64,000 bases of DNA from Bifidobacterium breve. GTDB taxonomy: Bacteria > Cyanobacteriota > Cyanobacteriia > PCC-6307 > Cyanobiaceae. Below are positions 1 through 9,946 of the stretch, piece after piece. Every line of letters begins with the position of its first letter. The first letter of the stretch is position 1. The DNA lies in contig CALPNT020000001.1 of assembly GCA_943325005.2 (NCBI GenBank), positions 5,132-69,131 of the forward strand, read 5' to 3'. The position numbers and the translations under genes are program-made. The notes under the pieces were generated by a model that saw nothing but the letters and a program-made list of their open reading frames with translations, did no database searches and had not been told where the DNA came from.

Positions 1-73
1 GCTTCTTGAACTTGCGGGCGTAGGCGCGGTTGCGCTCTTGCTTTTCCTTCTTGAGATTCCTGCGCTTGGACAT
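1..73 (-). CDS. Small basic hypothetical protein, 5' part only (MSKRRNLKKEKQERNRAYARKFKK...), runs off window edge
   Basis: ATG at 73-71 on minus strand, open to window start, co-oriented just downstream of devA; not in ORF track. Confidence 0.6.
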   Translation of the reverse strand, partial: MSKRRNLKKEKQERNRAYARKFKK

Positions 74-109
74 GCGGTGAGGCGTTCCGGGGAAGATCGA
101 TGTCTCACC

Positions 110-895
110 TTAACCCTCAGCAGCCTCCCTGCCGGTGTCGGGAAGCCGACCAGCTCCCCAGAGCCGCTCGCCTTGGCCGCGATCCATCAGCTGACCATCC
201 TCCATGCGCACCACCCGATCAGCAATATCGAGGATGCGAGGGTCGTGGGTCACCATCAGCACCGCGCAATTCTGATTGCGGGCCAAGCCCTTGAGCAGAT
301 CCACCACCTCGCGGCCGGTGCGGCTGTCGAGGGCCGCGGTGGGTTCATCGGCCAGCAGCAGCCGGGGTTCGGCCGCCAGGGCGCGGGCAATCGCCACGCG
401 CTGTTTCTGGCCGCCGGACAGATCGTGGGGCAGTTTGCCGAGATGATCTTCCAGCCCCACCGCCCGCAACCACTGGCGGGCGAGATCGCGACGGGCTCGA
501 TAGCCCAGATCCGGCAGGAGATCCGCACCCATTTGCACGTTCTGTTCGGCACTCAGGCAGCGCAGCAGGTTGTGGCCCTGAAAGATCATGCCGATCGAGC
601 GGCGCAGCTGCTGGCGCTGGCCCCGCGTGGAGCCCTGGAGCTCGACGCCGAACACCCGCACCGAGCCATCCATCACCTGGCGCAAAGCCCCGACCAGCGT
701 GAGCAACGTGGTTTTGCCACAGCCGGATGGACCCGTGAGCAACACCACTTCGCCCGGATTAATGCTGAGATCAACGCCCTGCAGCACCTGGCGCCGGTTG
801 GAGCCGCTGCCATACCAATGGTTCAGTTGCCGCAGCTGCACGCAGGGCTCGACAGCTGCCGGAGGAACATTGGTGGCGAGCAAGGTGGAAAACAT
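110..895 (-). CDS. devA: DevA-family ABC exporter ATP-binding subunit
   Basis: Walker [15 protein letters not shown] signature, [10 protein letters not shown] at 895 follows devC stop. Confidence 0.9.
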   Translation of the reverse strand: MFSTLLATNVPPAAVEPCVQLRQLNHWYGSGSNRRQVLQGVDLSINPGEVVLLTGPSGCGKTTLLTLVGALRQVMDGSVRVFGVELQGSTRGQRQQLRRSIGMIFQGHNLLRCLSAEQNVQMGADLLPDLGYRARRDLARQWLRAVGLEDHLGKLPHDLSGGQKQRVAIARALAAEPRLLLADEPTAALDSRTGREVVDLLKGLARNQNCAVLMVTHDPRILDIADRVVRMEDGQLMDRGQGERLWGAGRLPDTGREAAEG

Positions 896-899
896 GGTG

Positions 900-2069
900 T
901 CAGAAGATCTCGGCTGGATCGGCATCACCGAGCTTGCGCATGGCCATGGCCGCTGAACCCATGCACATCGCCAGGATCAGCACGAACACCAGCAGCGAGC
1001 GCTCGGTATTCATATAAACGGGCAGTTTGGTGCCACTTCGCACCAGGGCATAGAGGCCCTGGCCGGCAAACCAGGCCGGCAGATAGCCCAGCACGGCCAG
1101 CAGCAGTCCCTCGCGGGCGACGACACCGAGCAGGTTGATCAACCGGTAGCCCATGGCCATCAAGGTGGCGTACTCGGGCAGGTGGTCGCTGACGTCGGAG
1201 TAAAGGATCTGATAGACGATCACACAACCGACGATGAAGCCCATCGCCGCTCCCAGGGTGAAGATGAAACCGATGGCGGTGCTGCTGCGCCAGTAGTTCT
1301 TTTCGAACTCCTCAAAGCCCTGCTTGGTGTAGATCGCCACGTCGTCGGGCAGGGTCTGGCGCAGACGCTCAGCCACCAGCCGTGGGTCGGAGCCGTTCTG
1401 CAACCGGATCAGGCCAAGTTCAATGCTGCCGGGTGACGTGTTGGGCATCAGCCGCAGGAAGGTTTCACGGCTGGTGAGCATGTTGCCGTCGGCGCCGAAG
1501 GAGGGACCCAGGGCCACCAGCCCCGCCACCCGCACCCGCTTGCCGGCCACCTCCGTTTCCACGGTGCGGCCCTGGCGAAACCAGCTGGCGATCGGCCCGA
1601 ATTCCGGGCGGGAGAGCTCATCGAACAGCACGCGCCCCTGCTGATTGAGCACATGGGCCTTGGCGGCCAGGCTCGGATCGGTGAACAGCGGATCGCCGGG
1701 TTCGAAGCCAATCGTGAGGATCGAGCGGGTGCGGCGGGTCTCGGGATTGCGCCAGAGCATCAGGTTCCAGTGCACGGGTGTGGTGCCCACCACGGCCGGA
1801 TCGGCCATCGCCTGCACCAGGCGCCGCCGCGGAAAGCCAGCCATGCCGATCGAGCTCATCGTGCGCGGGCTCATCAGCACCAGGTCGGCGTCAAACAGCT
1901 TGTGCACCGTGACGCTGGCGTCAAACAAGCCGTCCCGGAAGCCCAGCTGCATGAACATCAAGATGCCGGCGAAGGCAATGCCCGCCAGTGCCACCGCCAG
2001 TCGGCCCGGCTGGCGGGTGAGCAACAACCAGGCCAGGGGGATGCGGCGCCGTTGCCAGAAGCCGCTCAT
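900..2069 (-). CDS. devC: DevC-family ABC exporter permease
   Basis: IPLAWLLLT..RLAVALAGIAFA N-terminus, YQILYSDVSDHLPEYATLMAMGY, C-terminal ADPAEIF. Confidence 0.92.
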   Translation of the reverse strand: MSGFWQRRRIPLAWLLLTRQPGRLAVALAGIAFAGILMFMQLGFRDGLFDASVTVHKLFDADLVLMSPRTMSSIGMAGFPRRRLVQAMADPAVVGTTPVHWNLMLWRNPETRRTRSILTIGFEPGDPLFTDPSLAAKAHVLNQQGRVLFDELSRPEFGPIASWFRQGRTVETEVAGKRVRVAGLVALGPSFGADGNMLTSRETFLRLMPNTSPGSIELGLIRLQNGSDPRLVAERLRQTLPDDVAIYTKQGFEEFEKNYWRSSTAIGFIFTLGAAMGFIVGCVIVYQILYSDVSDHLPEYATLMAMGYRLINLLGVVAREGLLLAVLGYLPAWFAGQGLYALVRSGTKLPVYMNTERSLLVFVLILAMCMGSAAMAMRKLGDADPAEIF

Positions 2070-2082
2070 CGGATCGAAACGC

Positions 2083-3087
2083 TCATGGCTGGAAGCGGGC
2101 GATCAGCTTGAGGCCCGTCAGTGCCGCCACTTTTTGGACATCACTGGGATCAAGCCGCACCCGCACTTCCACCACCCGGGCATCAGCATCGCCGGTGGGG
2201 TCGGTGGAAAGCACGTCCCGCTGGCGCACCTGGGGGCTGATGCGGCTGACCACGCCGCTGAGGCTGCCGCTGAAGCCGCCGTTCTCACTGGTGAAGGTGG
2301 CCCGCTGTCCGAGCCGCACCCGGTTGATGTCGCTCTCATAGACCTCCACCAGGGCCTCCATCCGGTCGTTGGCGCCGATCTCGAGGATCCCCTTGTCGCC
2401 CGGGCGTTCACCCACCCGGCTATGGATGCGCAGCACGATGCCGTTGATCGGGGCCTTGAGCTCGGTGTTGACCAGATCAGTGTTCACCCGCACCAGCTGG
2501 GCTCTGGCCTCCTGCAATTGTCCCTGCAGCAGCAGATGAATCTGCTCACGGCGATCGAGTTCATCGACCGCCACCGCACCGGCGGCGGTGAGCCGCCGGT
2601 AGCGAGCGATTTCGCGGCTGTCCACGGCCAGCCGCCGCTCCAGATTGTTGATCCGGACACGCAGCAAGGTGTGCTCGGCCTGCTGGGCGGGGCCGTTGTC
2701 GAAGCGGGCGAGCACCGCGCCTGCCGCCACCCGCTGCCCCTCTTCAACCAGCAGTTCCATCAGCCGCGGACTACCGCCGATGCCGATGATCGGAGCCGCC
2801 AGCACACGGATGTCGCCGGCGGGTTCGAGCCGCCCCAGGGCCGCCACCGGCTCCTGCGCCAGGGGGCGTTGCACGCGTGGGGTGCTGGTCGTTCTGGCCT
2901 TGGGCCAGAGGCGCTCGCGGTTGAGCAGCAGCAGGGTGCCGGCTCCAGCCACAGCCACCAGGGCGATCAGCAGAGGGCGGGAGGGTCGTCGAACAGCAGC
3001 GCTTCGATGTAGCGATCCGCCCAGGCCGGGTTGAACGCCTTCTCCAGGACCCTGCGGGTCTTGTCGTTCTGTTTCTGCTGCCTGCAA
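2083..3087 (-). CDS. devB: DevB/HlyD-family membrane fusion protein (start uncertain)
   Basis: [30 protein letters not shown] motifs; operon with devC/devA. Confidence 0.85.
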   Translation of the reverse strand: MQAAETERQDPQGPGEGVQPGLGGSLHRSAAVRRPSRPLLIALVAVAGAGTLLLLNRERLWPKARTTSTPRVQRPLAQEPVAALGRLEPAGDIRVLAAPIIGIGGSPRLMELLVEEGQRVAAGAVLARFDNGPAQQAEHTLLRVRINNLERRLAVDSREIARYRRLTAAGAVAVDELDRREQIHLLLQGQLQEARAQLVRVNTDLVNTELKAPINGIVLRIHSRVGERPGDKGILEIGANDRMEALVEVYESDINRVRLGQRATFTSENGGFSGSLSGVVSRISPQVRQRDVLSTDPTGDADARVVEVRVRLDPSDVQKVAALTGLKLIARFQP

Positions 3088-3719
3088 TAGCTCAACTGCC
3101 CCTGCCAGCGTTGAACCGTAGCGGCATGATCGATCGGCTGAGGATGGCCAGCCGCCACCGCCGTCCCCAGCACCGTCAGCAAGCCGACCACCGCTTCGAT
3201 GAACAGCTGCTCTTCCGCGACATTGGCAGGCCGCACGAACAGCACATGGGGCGAGAAGATCGAGCCCCAGGCCGGCAGCTCCCGCGGTTGGGAAAACAGC
3301 GGGCGTGCTTGCTGGCTCAGGGCCGCGTCGATGGCCGGGGGCAGGCCCGGTGCCACGGGGGAAAGATCAGCGATCGCGGCCGACACGCCCGCCGGTCCGG
3401 CCACGATGTCGGCGCCGAAAATCGGCAGGTCGTAGCGGGGATCGGGGAAAAACACGCAGTGCAGTATCTGCAGGCCGCGGCCGAGGCGGGCGGTTTCGAG
3501 GTGGAGTTTGCGCAGGCCGCGGCACTGGTGCACCTCGTTGCGGATGAACAACTCCTCGCCGTCGAGGCTGCCGCTAATCGCCTCGAGATCGGCGTCAATC
3601 GCCAGGGGCGCCAGCTCTGGAAGCGCCTGCCGGCACTCGCGGATGCGCGCCGCCAGGGCATCCACCAGGGGGTGCACCCCACCGGAACGGGAGGGACTCG
3701 CGGGAGTTGAAAGCGTCAT
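2967..3719 (-). CDS. pcyA: Phycocyanobilin:ferredoxin oxidoreductase
   Basis: [48 protein letters not shown]. Confidence 0.95.
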   Translation of the reverse strand: MTLSTPASPSRSGGVHPLVDALAARIRECRQALPELAPLAIDADLEAISGSLDGEELFIRNEVHQCRGLRKLHLETARLGRGLQILHCVFFPDPRYDLPIFGADIVAGPAGVSAAIADLSPVAPGLPPAIDAALSQQARPLFSQPRELPAWGSIFSPHVLFVRPANVAEEQLFIEAVVGLLTVLGTAVAAGHPQPIDHAATVQRWQGQLSYCRQQKQNDKTRRVLEKAFNPAWADRYIEALLFDDPPALC

Positions 3720-3762
3720 CGCGGCCCTGCAGCCAGCAGAATGTCGATCCTGCCATGCATCT

Positions 3763-5037
3763 GTGAGCCTTCCTGAAGCTTGTTGTGGGCCGTTGCTGCC
3801 TGGCCTGGGTGAACCTGATCGCCAGCGGCTGGCCAATGGTGCCGAGCTGGTGGCCCTGCCGCTCGACGACGCCCCGCTGGTGTGTCTTGATTTCTGGTGC
3901 CGGGCCGGCAGCGCCTGGGAGCGCCCGGGGGAGAGCGGCCTGGCCCACTTTCTGGAGCACATGGTGTTCAAGGGCAGCGAGAGCCTGGCCGCCGGTGAAT
4001 TCGATCGGCGGGTGGAGGCCCTCGGCGGCAGCAGCAATGCCGCCACGGGTTTTGACGACGTGCACTATCACGTGCTGATCCCACCGGAGGCAGCCCCGGA
4101 GGCCCTCGACCTGCTGCTGGATCTGGTGCTCCACCCCCGGCTGGAGCCGGAAGCTTTCGCGATGGAGCGCCAGGTGGTGCTCGAGGAACTGGCCCAGAGT
4201 GAGGATCAGCCCGAAGAGGTGGCGCTGCAGCGGCTGCTGGCCCAGGCCTGCCCGAACCATCCTTATGGCGAGCCGATTCTCGGCCAGCGCCAGGCCCTGC
4301 TGGCCCATGACCCGGCCGCCATGGCCGCCTTCCACCAGCGGCTCTATGGCGGTGGTCGCTGCGTGCTGGCCATCAGCGGCGCGGTTGCCGATGGGCAGCT
4401 GGCCCGCCGGATCGCCGCCAGCGCCCTGGCGGATCTGGCCCCGGCGGCGGTCGCTCAGCCACCGGCCGAGCTGCGCTTGATCCAGGGGGAAGAGCGCCTG
4501 GTGCTGCCGCGGCTGGAGGCGGCCCGTCTGCTGATGGCCTGGTGGCAGCCCGCCGCTGACGATCTCGAGGGGGTGATGGGTGCTGATCTGGCCACCACCG
4601 TGCTGGCCGAGGGGCGCCGCAGCCGTTTGGTCGAAAGGCTGCGTGAGCAGCTCCGCATCGTCGAAAGCATCGACGTTGATCTGCATGCGATGGAAAGTGG
4701 CAGCCTGGCCTTACTGGAGGCGGTCTGCGAGCCGGAGGACCTGCCGGAGGTACGCCTTGCCATCAGCCAGGTCTGGACCGAACTGATGGCGCAGGAGATC
4801 GGTGAGGCCGAATGGCAGCGAGCCCAGCGCCTGGTGGCTAACGCCTATCGTTTTGGCCTCGAGTCGGCGGGCAGTGTGGCCGGCCTGATCGGCAGCACCA
4901 CCCTCTGGGGTCGGCGCCAATCCCTGCAGCAACACCTGGACCTGTTGCCGCTCTGGTCACCGTGCCGGCTGCGCGAGCAGGCGCTGTCACGACTGGACCC
5001 GGCCCAGGCCTACATCCTCGAGGCGGTGCCGGCATGA
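3763..5037 (+). CDS. M16 (pitrilysin-family) zinc peptidase, catalytic subunit
   Basis: [14 protein letters not shown] (HXXEH), [18 protein letters not shown] start at 3763 is a guess. Confidence 0.9.
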   Translation: MSLPEACCGPLLPGLGEPDRQRLANGAELVALPLDDAPLVCLDFWCRAGSAWERPGESGLAHFLEHMVFKGSESLAAGEFDRRVEALGGSSNAATGFDDVHYHVLIPPEAAPEALDLLLDLVLHPRLEPEAFAMERQVVLEELAQSEDQPEEVALQRLLAQACPNHPYGEPILGQRQALLAHDPAAMAAFHQRLYGGGRCVLAISGAVADGQLARRIAASALADLAPAAVAQPPAELRLIQGEERLVLPRLEAARLLMAWWQPAADDLEGVMGADLATTVLAEGRRSRLVERLREQLRIVESIDVDLHAMESGSLALLEAVCEPEDLPEVRLAISQVWTELMAQEIGEAEWQRAQRLVANAYRFGLESAGSVAGLIGSTTLWGRRQSLQQHLDLLPLWSPCRLREQALSRLDPAQAYILEAVPA

Positions 5038-6341
5038 TCGAAACCCACCTTCCCCCCCTGGCGGAGTCGCTCAGCCTGGCCGGCGGACTTCCGGTGCGGC
5101 TGCTGCGGCGTCAGGGGCCTGCCATCCTCTCGGCCCGGCTGGCGATCCGCGGCGGCAGTAGCGCCGACCCTGCGGGCGGCCGCGGTGCCCATCAGCTGCT
5201 GGCCGGCCTGATGACCCGGGGCTGCGGCGAGCTCGATGCCGAGGCCCTGGCCGATCTGGTGGAAGGCGCCGGGGCGGGCCTGCGGGCCGAGGCCCTGGAG
5301 GATGCGCTGGTGATCGGGCTCAAGTGCGCCGCCGCCGATGGCGCCAGCCTGCTGCCCTTGTTGCTGGCCATGGTGCGGCAACCGCAATTGAGTTCAGACC
5401 AGCTGGATCTGGAGCGCCAGCTGAACCTGCAGACCCTGCAACGCCAAAAGGAAGACCCCTTCCAGCTGGCCCACGACCAGTTGCGCCACAACCTCTATGG
5501 CGCCGGTCCCTATGGCCACGATCCCCTGGGGGTGGAAGCGGATCTGGAATCCCTCGCGGCTGCCGATCTGCAGCCTCTGGTGGCCGACCTGGGCCAGGCC
5601 GGGGCCGTAATGGTGCTCAGCGGCGCGATTCCCGACGATCTGACCGCACTCCTGGAGCAGGGCCTGGGCGGCGAACCCTGGCCCACGCTGCTGCCCAGCG
5701 CGGCGGCCTGGTCGAGCCGGCCCAGCGCGCCGCCTGCCGCTCGATTGGTGCAGCTGGAGCAGGACACCGAGCAATTGGTGCTGATGCTGGGCTGCACCAC
5801 GCTGCCCCTGGGCCATCCCGATGCGGTGGCCTTGCGCCTGCTCCAGGCCCATCTGGGCCTGGGCATGTCCTCCCGTCTATTTGTGACGATGCGCGAGGAG
5901 CGCGGCCTGGCCTACGACGTCGGCGTGCATCTGCCGGCCCGTTGCGGCGCGGCACCCTTCGTGATGCATCTCTCCACCTCAGCCGATCGGGCCGAGGAAG
6001 CCACCCGTTGTCTGCTGCAGGAATGGCAGCGGGTGCGGGAACAACCACTCGATCAAACTGAGCTGGCTCTGGCTCTGGCCAAATACCGCGGCCAGGACGC
6101 GATGGGTCGGCAGACCTGTTCCCAGCTGGCCGAGCGACTGGCTCTGGTGCTCAGCCATGGGTTGCCGGCCAACCATGTGGAGCGTTGCCTTGAGCAGGCG
6201 TTGCACCTGTCCGCCGAGGCGATCCGCCAGGCTGCCGCCACCTGGCTCGGCCAGCCATCGCTGAGCCTGGTCGGTCCAACGCCGGCCCTGGCCGCGGCCG
6301 CCAGGGCCTGGGAAGGCGATCCGCTCAGCGGCCCTGGCTGA
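5034..6341 (+). CDS. M16 peptidase-family subunit lacking HXXEH
   Basis: ATGA overlap with upstream gene; GMSSRLFVTMREERGLAYDV; HQLLA replaces zinc motif. Confidence 0.88.
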   Translation: MIETHLPPLAESLSLAGGLPVRLLRRQGPAILSARLAIRGGSSADPAGGRGAHQLLAGLMTRGCGELDAEALADLVEGAGAGLRAEALEDALVIGLKCAAADGASLLPLLLAMVRQPQLSSDQLDLERQLNLQTLQRQKEDPFQLAHDQLRHNLYGAGPYGHDPLGVEADLESLAAADLQPLVADLGQAGAVMVLSGAIPDDLTALLEQGLGGEPWPTLLPSAAAWSSRPSAPPAARLVQLEQDTEQLVLMLGCTTLPLGHPDAVALRLLQAHLGLGMSSRLFVTMREERGLAYDVGVHLPARCGAAPFVMHLSTSADRAEEATRCLLQEWQRVREQPLDQTELALALAKYRGQDAMGRQTCSQLAERLALVLSHGLPANHVERCLEQALHLSAEAIRQAAATWLGQPSLSLVGPTPALAAAARAWEGDPLSGPG

Positions 6342-6705
6342 GCTCCGTGCCCACACGGCGCAGATCCCGGGCTGCAATCAAAAAGGTGCCGCGGCGAAAC
6401 CGCACCGCCAGCTGATCGAGGGCGCGGATCTCCACCACCTGACCCTGTTCGCCAGCATCGACCAGATCGGGCGGACGCAGCATCGGCATCGGATCGGCCG
6501 TTTTGAGATAGGAGAGCTGTCGCTCCAGGCCCACCTGCTCGCCGAGCTGGAACGCTGCTGGTACGGCTGGGAGCCCAGTCGCCACTGCACCAACCGCAAC
6601 CTCAGCAGCAGCCGGTTCGGAGCGATCCACAGGCTCCGGGCGGGCTGGGTCCGTGCTGTTGCTGCTCAGACCGACGCTGGTCAAAGTCCATGCTCCCCTT
6701 CTCAC
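6325..6705 (-). CDS. sipA: SipA/DUF3148 regulatory protein (start uncertain)
   Basis: YLKTADPMPMLRPPDLV..GEQGQVVE..AVRFRRGTFLI. Confidence 0.8.
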   Translation of the reverse strand: MRRGAWTLTSVGLSSNSTDPARPEPVDRSEPAAAEVAVGAVATGLPAVPAAFQLGEQVGLERQLSYLKTADPMPMLRPPDLVDAGEQGQVVEIRALDQLAVRFRRGTFLIAARDLRRVGTELSQGR

Positions 6706-6751
6706 TTGAACCTAGCTGCAGCAGGATGGTCGGGCGCCTGAGATCAATTCG

Positions 6752-7321
6752 TTGCGAGCCCTAGCCACCTGGAGCGGCGCCATCGCCGGTTTGCTGCTGA
6801 TTGTGGTGGGAGGCCTGGTACCGACGGCCTTTCCCTTTCACGATGCCGCGGGCTGGAGCCTCCGACCCCTGGGCATCACCCTGCAGGTGCCTGCCCTGCT
6901 GCTCACGGCTCTGGTGGCCGGCCCCCGCAGTGCGCTGCTGGCAGCGGTTGCCTACCTGAGCGTGGGCCTGTTCCAGCTGCCGGTGTTCCATGAGGGCGGC
7001 GGGGTCGGGTATCTGCTGGATCCGGGTTTTGGCTATCTGGCCGGTTTCGTGCCCGCCGCCTGGGTAAGCGGCCGGCTGGCGCGCCAGCCCGACATGGGCG
7101 ATCCGCTCAGCCTGGCTGTGGTGGCTGGCCTCGGGCTACTGGTGATCCAGCTCTGCGGCCTCGCCAATCTGTTGCTTGGTGCCGTGATGGGTCGCTGGGG
7201 CGATGGTGTGCTGCCGCTGGTGATTGGCTACAGCCTCGCCCTGCTCCCCCAGTTGCTGCTCTGTTGTGCCGTGGCGGTGCTTGCCTGGTTGCTGCGCCGC
7301 ATTTTGCTGATCGAATCGTGA
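6752..7321 (+). CDS. bioY: Biotin transporter BioY
   Basis: AYLSVGLFQLPVFHEGGG..PGFGYLAGF, multi-TM. Confidence 0.9.
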   Translation: MRALATWSGAIAGLLLIVVGGLVPTAFPFHDAAGWSLRPLGITLQVPALLLTALVAGPRSALLAAVAYLSVGLFQLPVFHEGGGVGYLLDPGFGYLAGFVPAAWVSGRLARQPDMGDPLSLAVVAGLGLLVIQLCGLANLLLGAVMGRWGDGVLPLVIGYSLALLPQLLLCCAVAVLAWLLRRILLIES

Positions 7322-7812
7322 GACAGCATCCCAGTGGGCGCTCGAGCCTGGCTCACCGGCTCTGGCCCTGGCTTGTGGCCGGCAGCCTGGTGATGCTGGA
7401 CCAGATCAGCAAGGCCTGGGCGCTGCAGCAACTCGCTCCCGGTCAGACGATGCCCTGGCTGCCGGGGCTGCTGCAGCTGCAGCGGGTGGGGAATACGGGC
7501 GCTGCCTTCAGCCTGCTCAGTGGCAACAGTGCCGGGCTCGGCCTGATCAGCGCCCTGGTGACGCTGCTGGCCGGAGCCTGGCTGCTGTTGCGGCCACCAC
7601 CGCGGCGGTGGTTGGCTTTGGCCGTGGCCTTCCTGCTGGCCGGGGCCCTGGGCAATGGCCTCGATCGTTGGCGGCTGGGTTTCGTGGTGGATTTCCTCGA
7701 GTTCGTGCCGATCCATTTCCCGATCTTCAACATCGCCGACGTGGCGATCAACGCGGCGCTGGTCTGCTTCGCCATCGACTGGCTGCGCAGTGGCAGGCCT
7801 CTCCATGACTGA
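7318..7812 (+). CDS. lspA: Lipoprotein signal peptidase II
   Basis: LDQISK, NTGAAFS, GALGNGLDR, FPIFNIAD; GTGA overlap with bioY. Confidence 0.93.
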   Translation: MRQHPSGRSSLAHRLWPWLVAGSLVMLDQISKAWALQQLAPGQTMPWLPGLLQLQRVGNTGAAFSLLSGNSAGLGLISALVTLLAGAWLLLRPPPRRWLALAVAFLLAGALGNGLDRWRLGFVVDFLEFVPIHFPIFNIADVAINAALVCFAIDWLRSGRPLHD

Positions 7813-9946
7813 GCTGCGGCTGGAGATCCAGCTGCCCGGCCAGCCAGCGCGCCGCCAGACCCTGGGGGGGGGCTGCTACCGGCTGGGTCGCGATCGCAAC
7901 GCCGAAATCGTCATCGCCCATGCCGCCGTCAGCCGCCAGCATGCGCTGCTGGAGGAACGGAGCGGCCGATGGGTGCTGCGCGATCAGGAATCCACCAATG
8001 GACTCTGGTGGCGTGGCCAGCGGATCAAGGAGCTGCTGCTGCGTGATGGCGACAGGGTGCGCTTCGGCCCCAGCCATCTGAGCGACCTGCCCGAGATCAG
8101 CTTCAGCAGCCCCCCCAGCCCGCCGCTGGCGGCGATAGCCAAAGGCAGCGCCCTGGCGCTGGCTGGGGTGTTTGGCGGCGGTTTGCTGCTGTTGCTGCTC
8201 TCGCTATTGCAGATTCCGATCCGCGGCAGCCTGGCCACGGTGCGTGGCCCCCTGGTGCTCTACGACCGGAACAGCCGGCCGATCGCTTCGGTGGACGACC
8301 AGCAGCACCACGAGCTCTGGCAACTGAACCAGTACCCCAGGGTGTTGATTGAGGCGTTGCTGGCCAGTGAGGACACCCGCTTCTGGTGGCATCCGGGGGT
8401 GGATCCGATCGGTACCGCCCGCGCCCTGCTCGCCAACCTGGTCGGGGGCCGCGTGCTCGAGGGGGGCAGCACGCTCACCCAGCAGCTCGCCCGCAGCCTC
8501 TATCCCGAACAGGTGGGACAGGGGGAAACCTTCGCCCGTAAATGGCGCGAGTTGCTGGTGGCGCTGCAGCTGGAGGCGCGCTACAGCAAACGGGATCTGC
8601 TGTTGAGTTATCTGAATCGGGTGTTCCTCGGCAGCGGCTGGGGCTTTGAGGACGCCTCGCGCCATCTGTTCGGCAAACCCGCTGCCCGGCTGGAGCTGGC
8701 TGAGGCGGCGCTGTTGGTGGGCCTGCTGCCTTCCCCCAATGGTTACGACCCCTGCTTCGACCCCCAGGCGGCCCTGGCGGCCCGCAACCAGGTGCTTGCC
8801 AAGATGGCCGACTCAGGACGGATCAGTGCCGATCTGGCCCGCTCCGCAAGGCGCCAGCCGATCCAGCTGGCCAGCCAGGCCTGCCGCTCGCGAGAGCGCC
8901 GGGCGGCACCCTTCTACACCGACCAGGTGCGGCGCGATCTCGACAAGCTGGTGGGGGCGGACGTGGCCGCCGAAGGCAATTTCCTGATCGACACCCACCT
9001 GGATCCGTCACTGCAGGCGTTGGTGGAGCGCTTGCTGCGGCAACAGATCGATGCCGCTCGCTCGCTCGGGGTGAGCCAGGGAGCCGTGGTGGTGCTGGAC
9101 AGCCGCAACGGCGGCGTTCTGGCGATCGCCGGTGGCCGCGACTATCGCCAGAGCCAGTTCAACCGGGCCACGATGGCGTTGCGCCAACCGGGCAGCACCT
9201 TCAAGCTGGTGCCCTATCTACTGGCTCTGGAACGGGGCAGCAAAGCCAGCGACCCGGTGGATTGCGGCCCGCTGGAATGGCGGGGACAGCGCTTCAGCAG
9301 TAGCTGTGGCGGCAAGCTCAGCCTGCGCCAGGCCCTGGCGATCAGCAGCAACACCGCCGCCCTGAGGCTGGCCCGCCAGGCGGGACTGGAAGCTGTGGCG
9401 CAGAAAGCCCACGATCTGGGCATCAGCTCGCCGCTCAACCCGGTGCCGGGGCTGGCCCTGGGTCAGAGCGAAGTGACCCTGCTGGAACTCACCGGTGCCT
9501 ACGGCGCCATTGCCGAAAACGGTATCTGGCACGCCCCCAGCACGATCCGCAAACTCACCGATGCCGAGGCTTGCCCCCGCTCGCTCAAGGGCAGCTGCCA
9601 CAGCGCCCATCAGCCAGGAACCAGCCCCCCCGCGGCCCTGGGCAGCACCAACAGCAGCGGCAGGCGCGTCGCCAGCCCGGCCAACGCCAAGGCGATGCGC
9701 AGCCTGCTGCAGTCGGTGGTGAGCAGTGGCACGGGCACGGCGGCCAACGTGGGGGGCGGAGCCGGCGGCAAGACCGGCACCACCAATGACGGCCGCGATC
9801 TGTGGTTCATCGGCTTCCTGCCCCAGCGGCACTGGGTGATGGGCGTCTGGCTCGGCAACGACAACAACGCCCCGACCCAGGCCAGCAGCGCCCTGGCCGC
9901 CTCCCTGTGGGGTGACATCGTGCGCTCCTCCAGTCCGGCGCCCTGA
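7805..9946 (+). CDS. FHA-domain class A penicillin-binding protein (transglycosylase + transpeptidase)
   Basis: N-terminal FHA (LGR..VSRQHA..STNG), EDTRF..HPGVD, GGSTLTQQLA, QPGSTFK, GKTGT. Confidence 0.9.
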   Translation: MTELRLEIQLPGQPARRQTLGGGCYRLGRDRNAEIVIAHAAVSRQHALLEERSGRWVLRDQESTNGLWWRGQRIKELLLRDGDRVRFGPSHLSDLPEISFSSPPSPPLAAIAKGSALALAGVFGGGLLLLLLSLLQIPIRGSLATVRGPLVLYDRNSRPIASVDDQQHHELWQLNQYPRVLIEALLASEDTRFWWHPGVDPIGTARALLANLVGGRVLEGGSTLTQQLARSLYPEQVGQGETFARKWRELLVALQLEARYSKRDLLLSYLNRVFLGSGWGFEDASRHLFGKPAARLELAEAALLVGLLPSPNGYDPCFDPQAALAARNQVLAKMADSGRISADLARSARRQPIQLASQACRSRERRAAPFYTDQVRRDLDKLVGADVAAEGNFLIDTHLDPSLQALVERLLRQQIDAARSLGVSQGAVVVLDSRNGGVLAIAGGRDYRQSQFNRATMALRQPGSTFKLVPYLLALERGSKASDPVDCGPLEWRGQRFSSSCGGKLSLRQALAISSNTAALRLARQAGLEAVAQKAHDLGISSPLNPVPGLALGQSEVTLLELTGAYGAIAENGIWHAPSTIRKLTDAEACPRSLKGSCHSAHQPGTSPPAALGSTNSSGRRVASPANAKAMRSLLQSVVSSGTGTAANVGGGAGGKTGTTNDGRDLWFIGFLPQRHWVMGVWLGNDNNAPTQASSALAASLWGDIVRSSSPAP

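Noticed and set aside
38..3012. Long antisense and alternate-frame ORFs (e.g. 38-1138, 1645-3012; similarly 24135-25490, 27686-29308, 60635-62173)
   Set aside because: Shadow ORFs of well-supported genes in high-GC DNA; no recognisable motifs
3763..6341. Active plus inactive M16 peptidase pair as a novelty
   Set aside because: Known heterodimer-type arrangement of M16B peptidases
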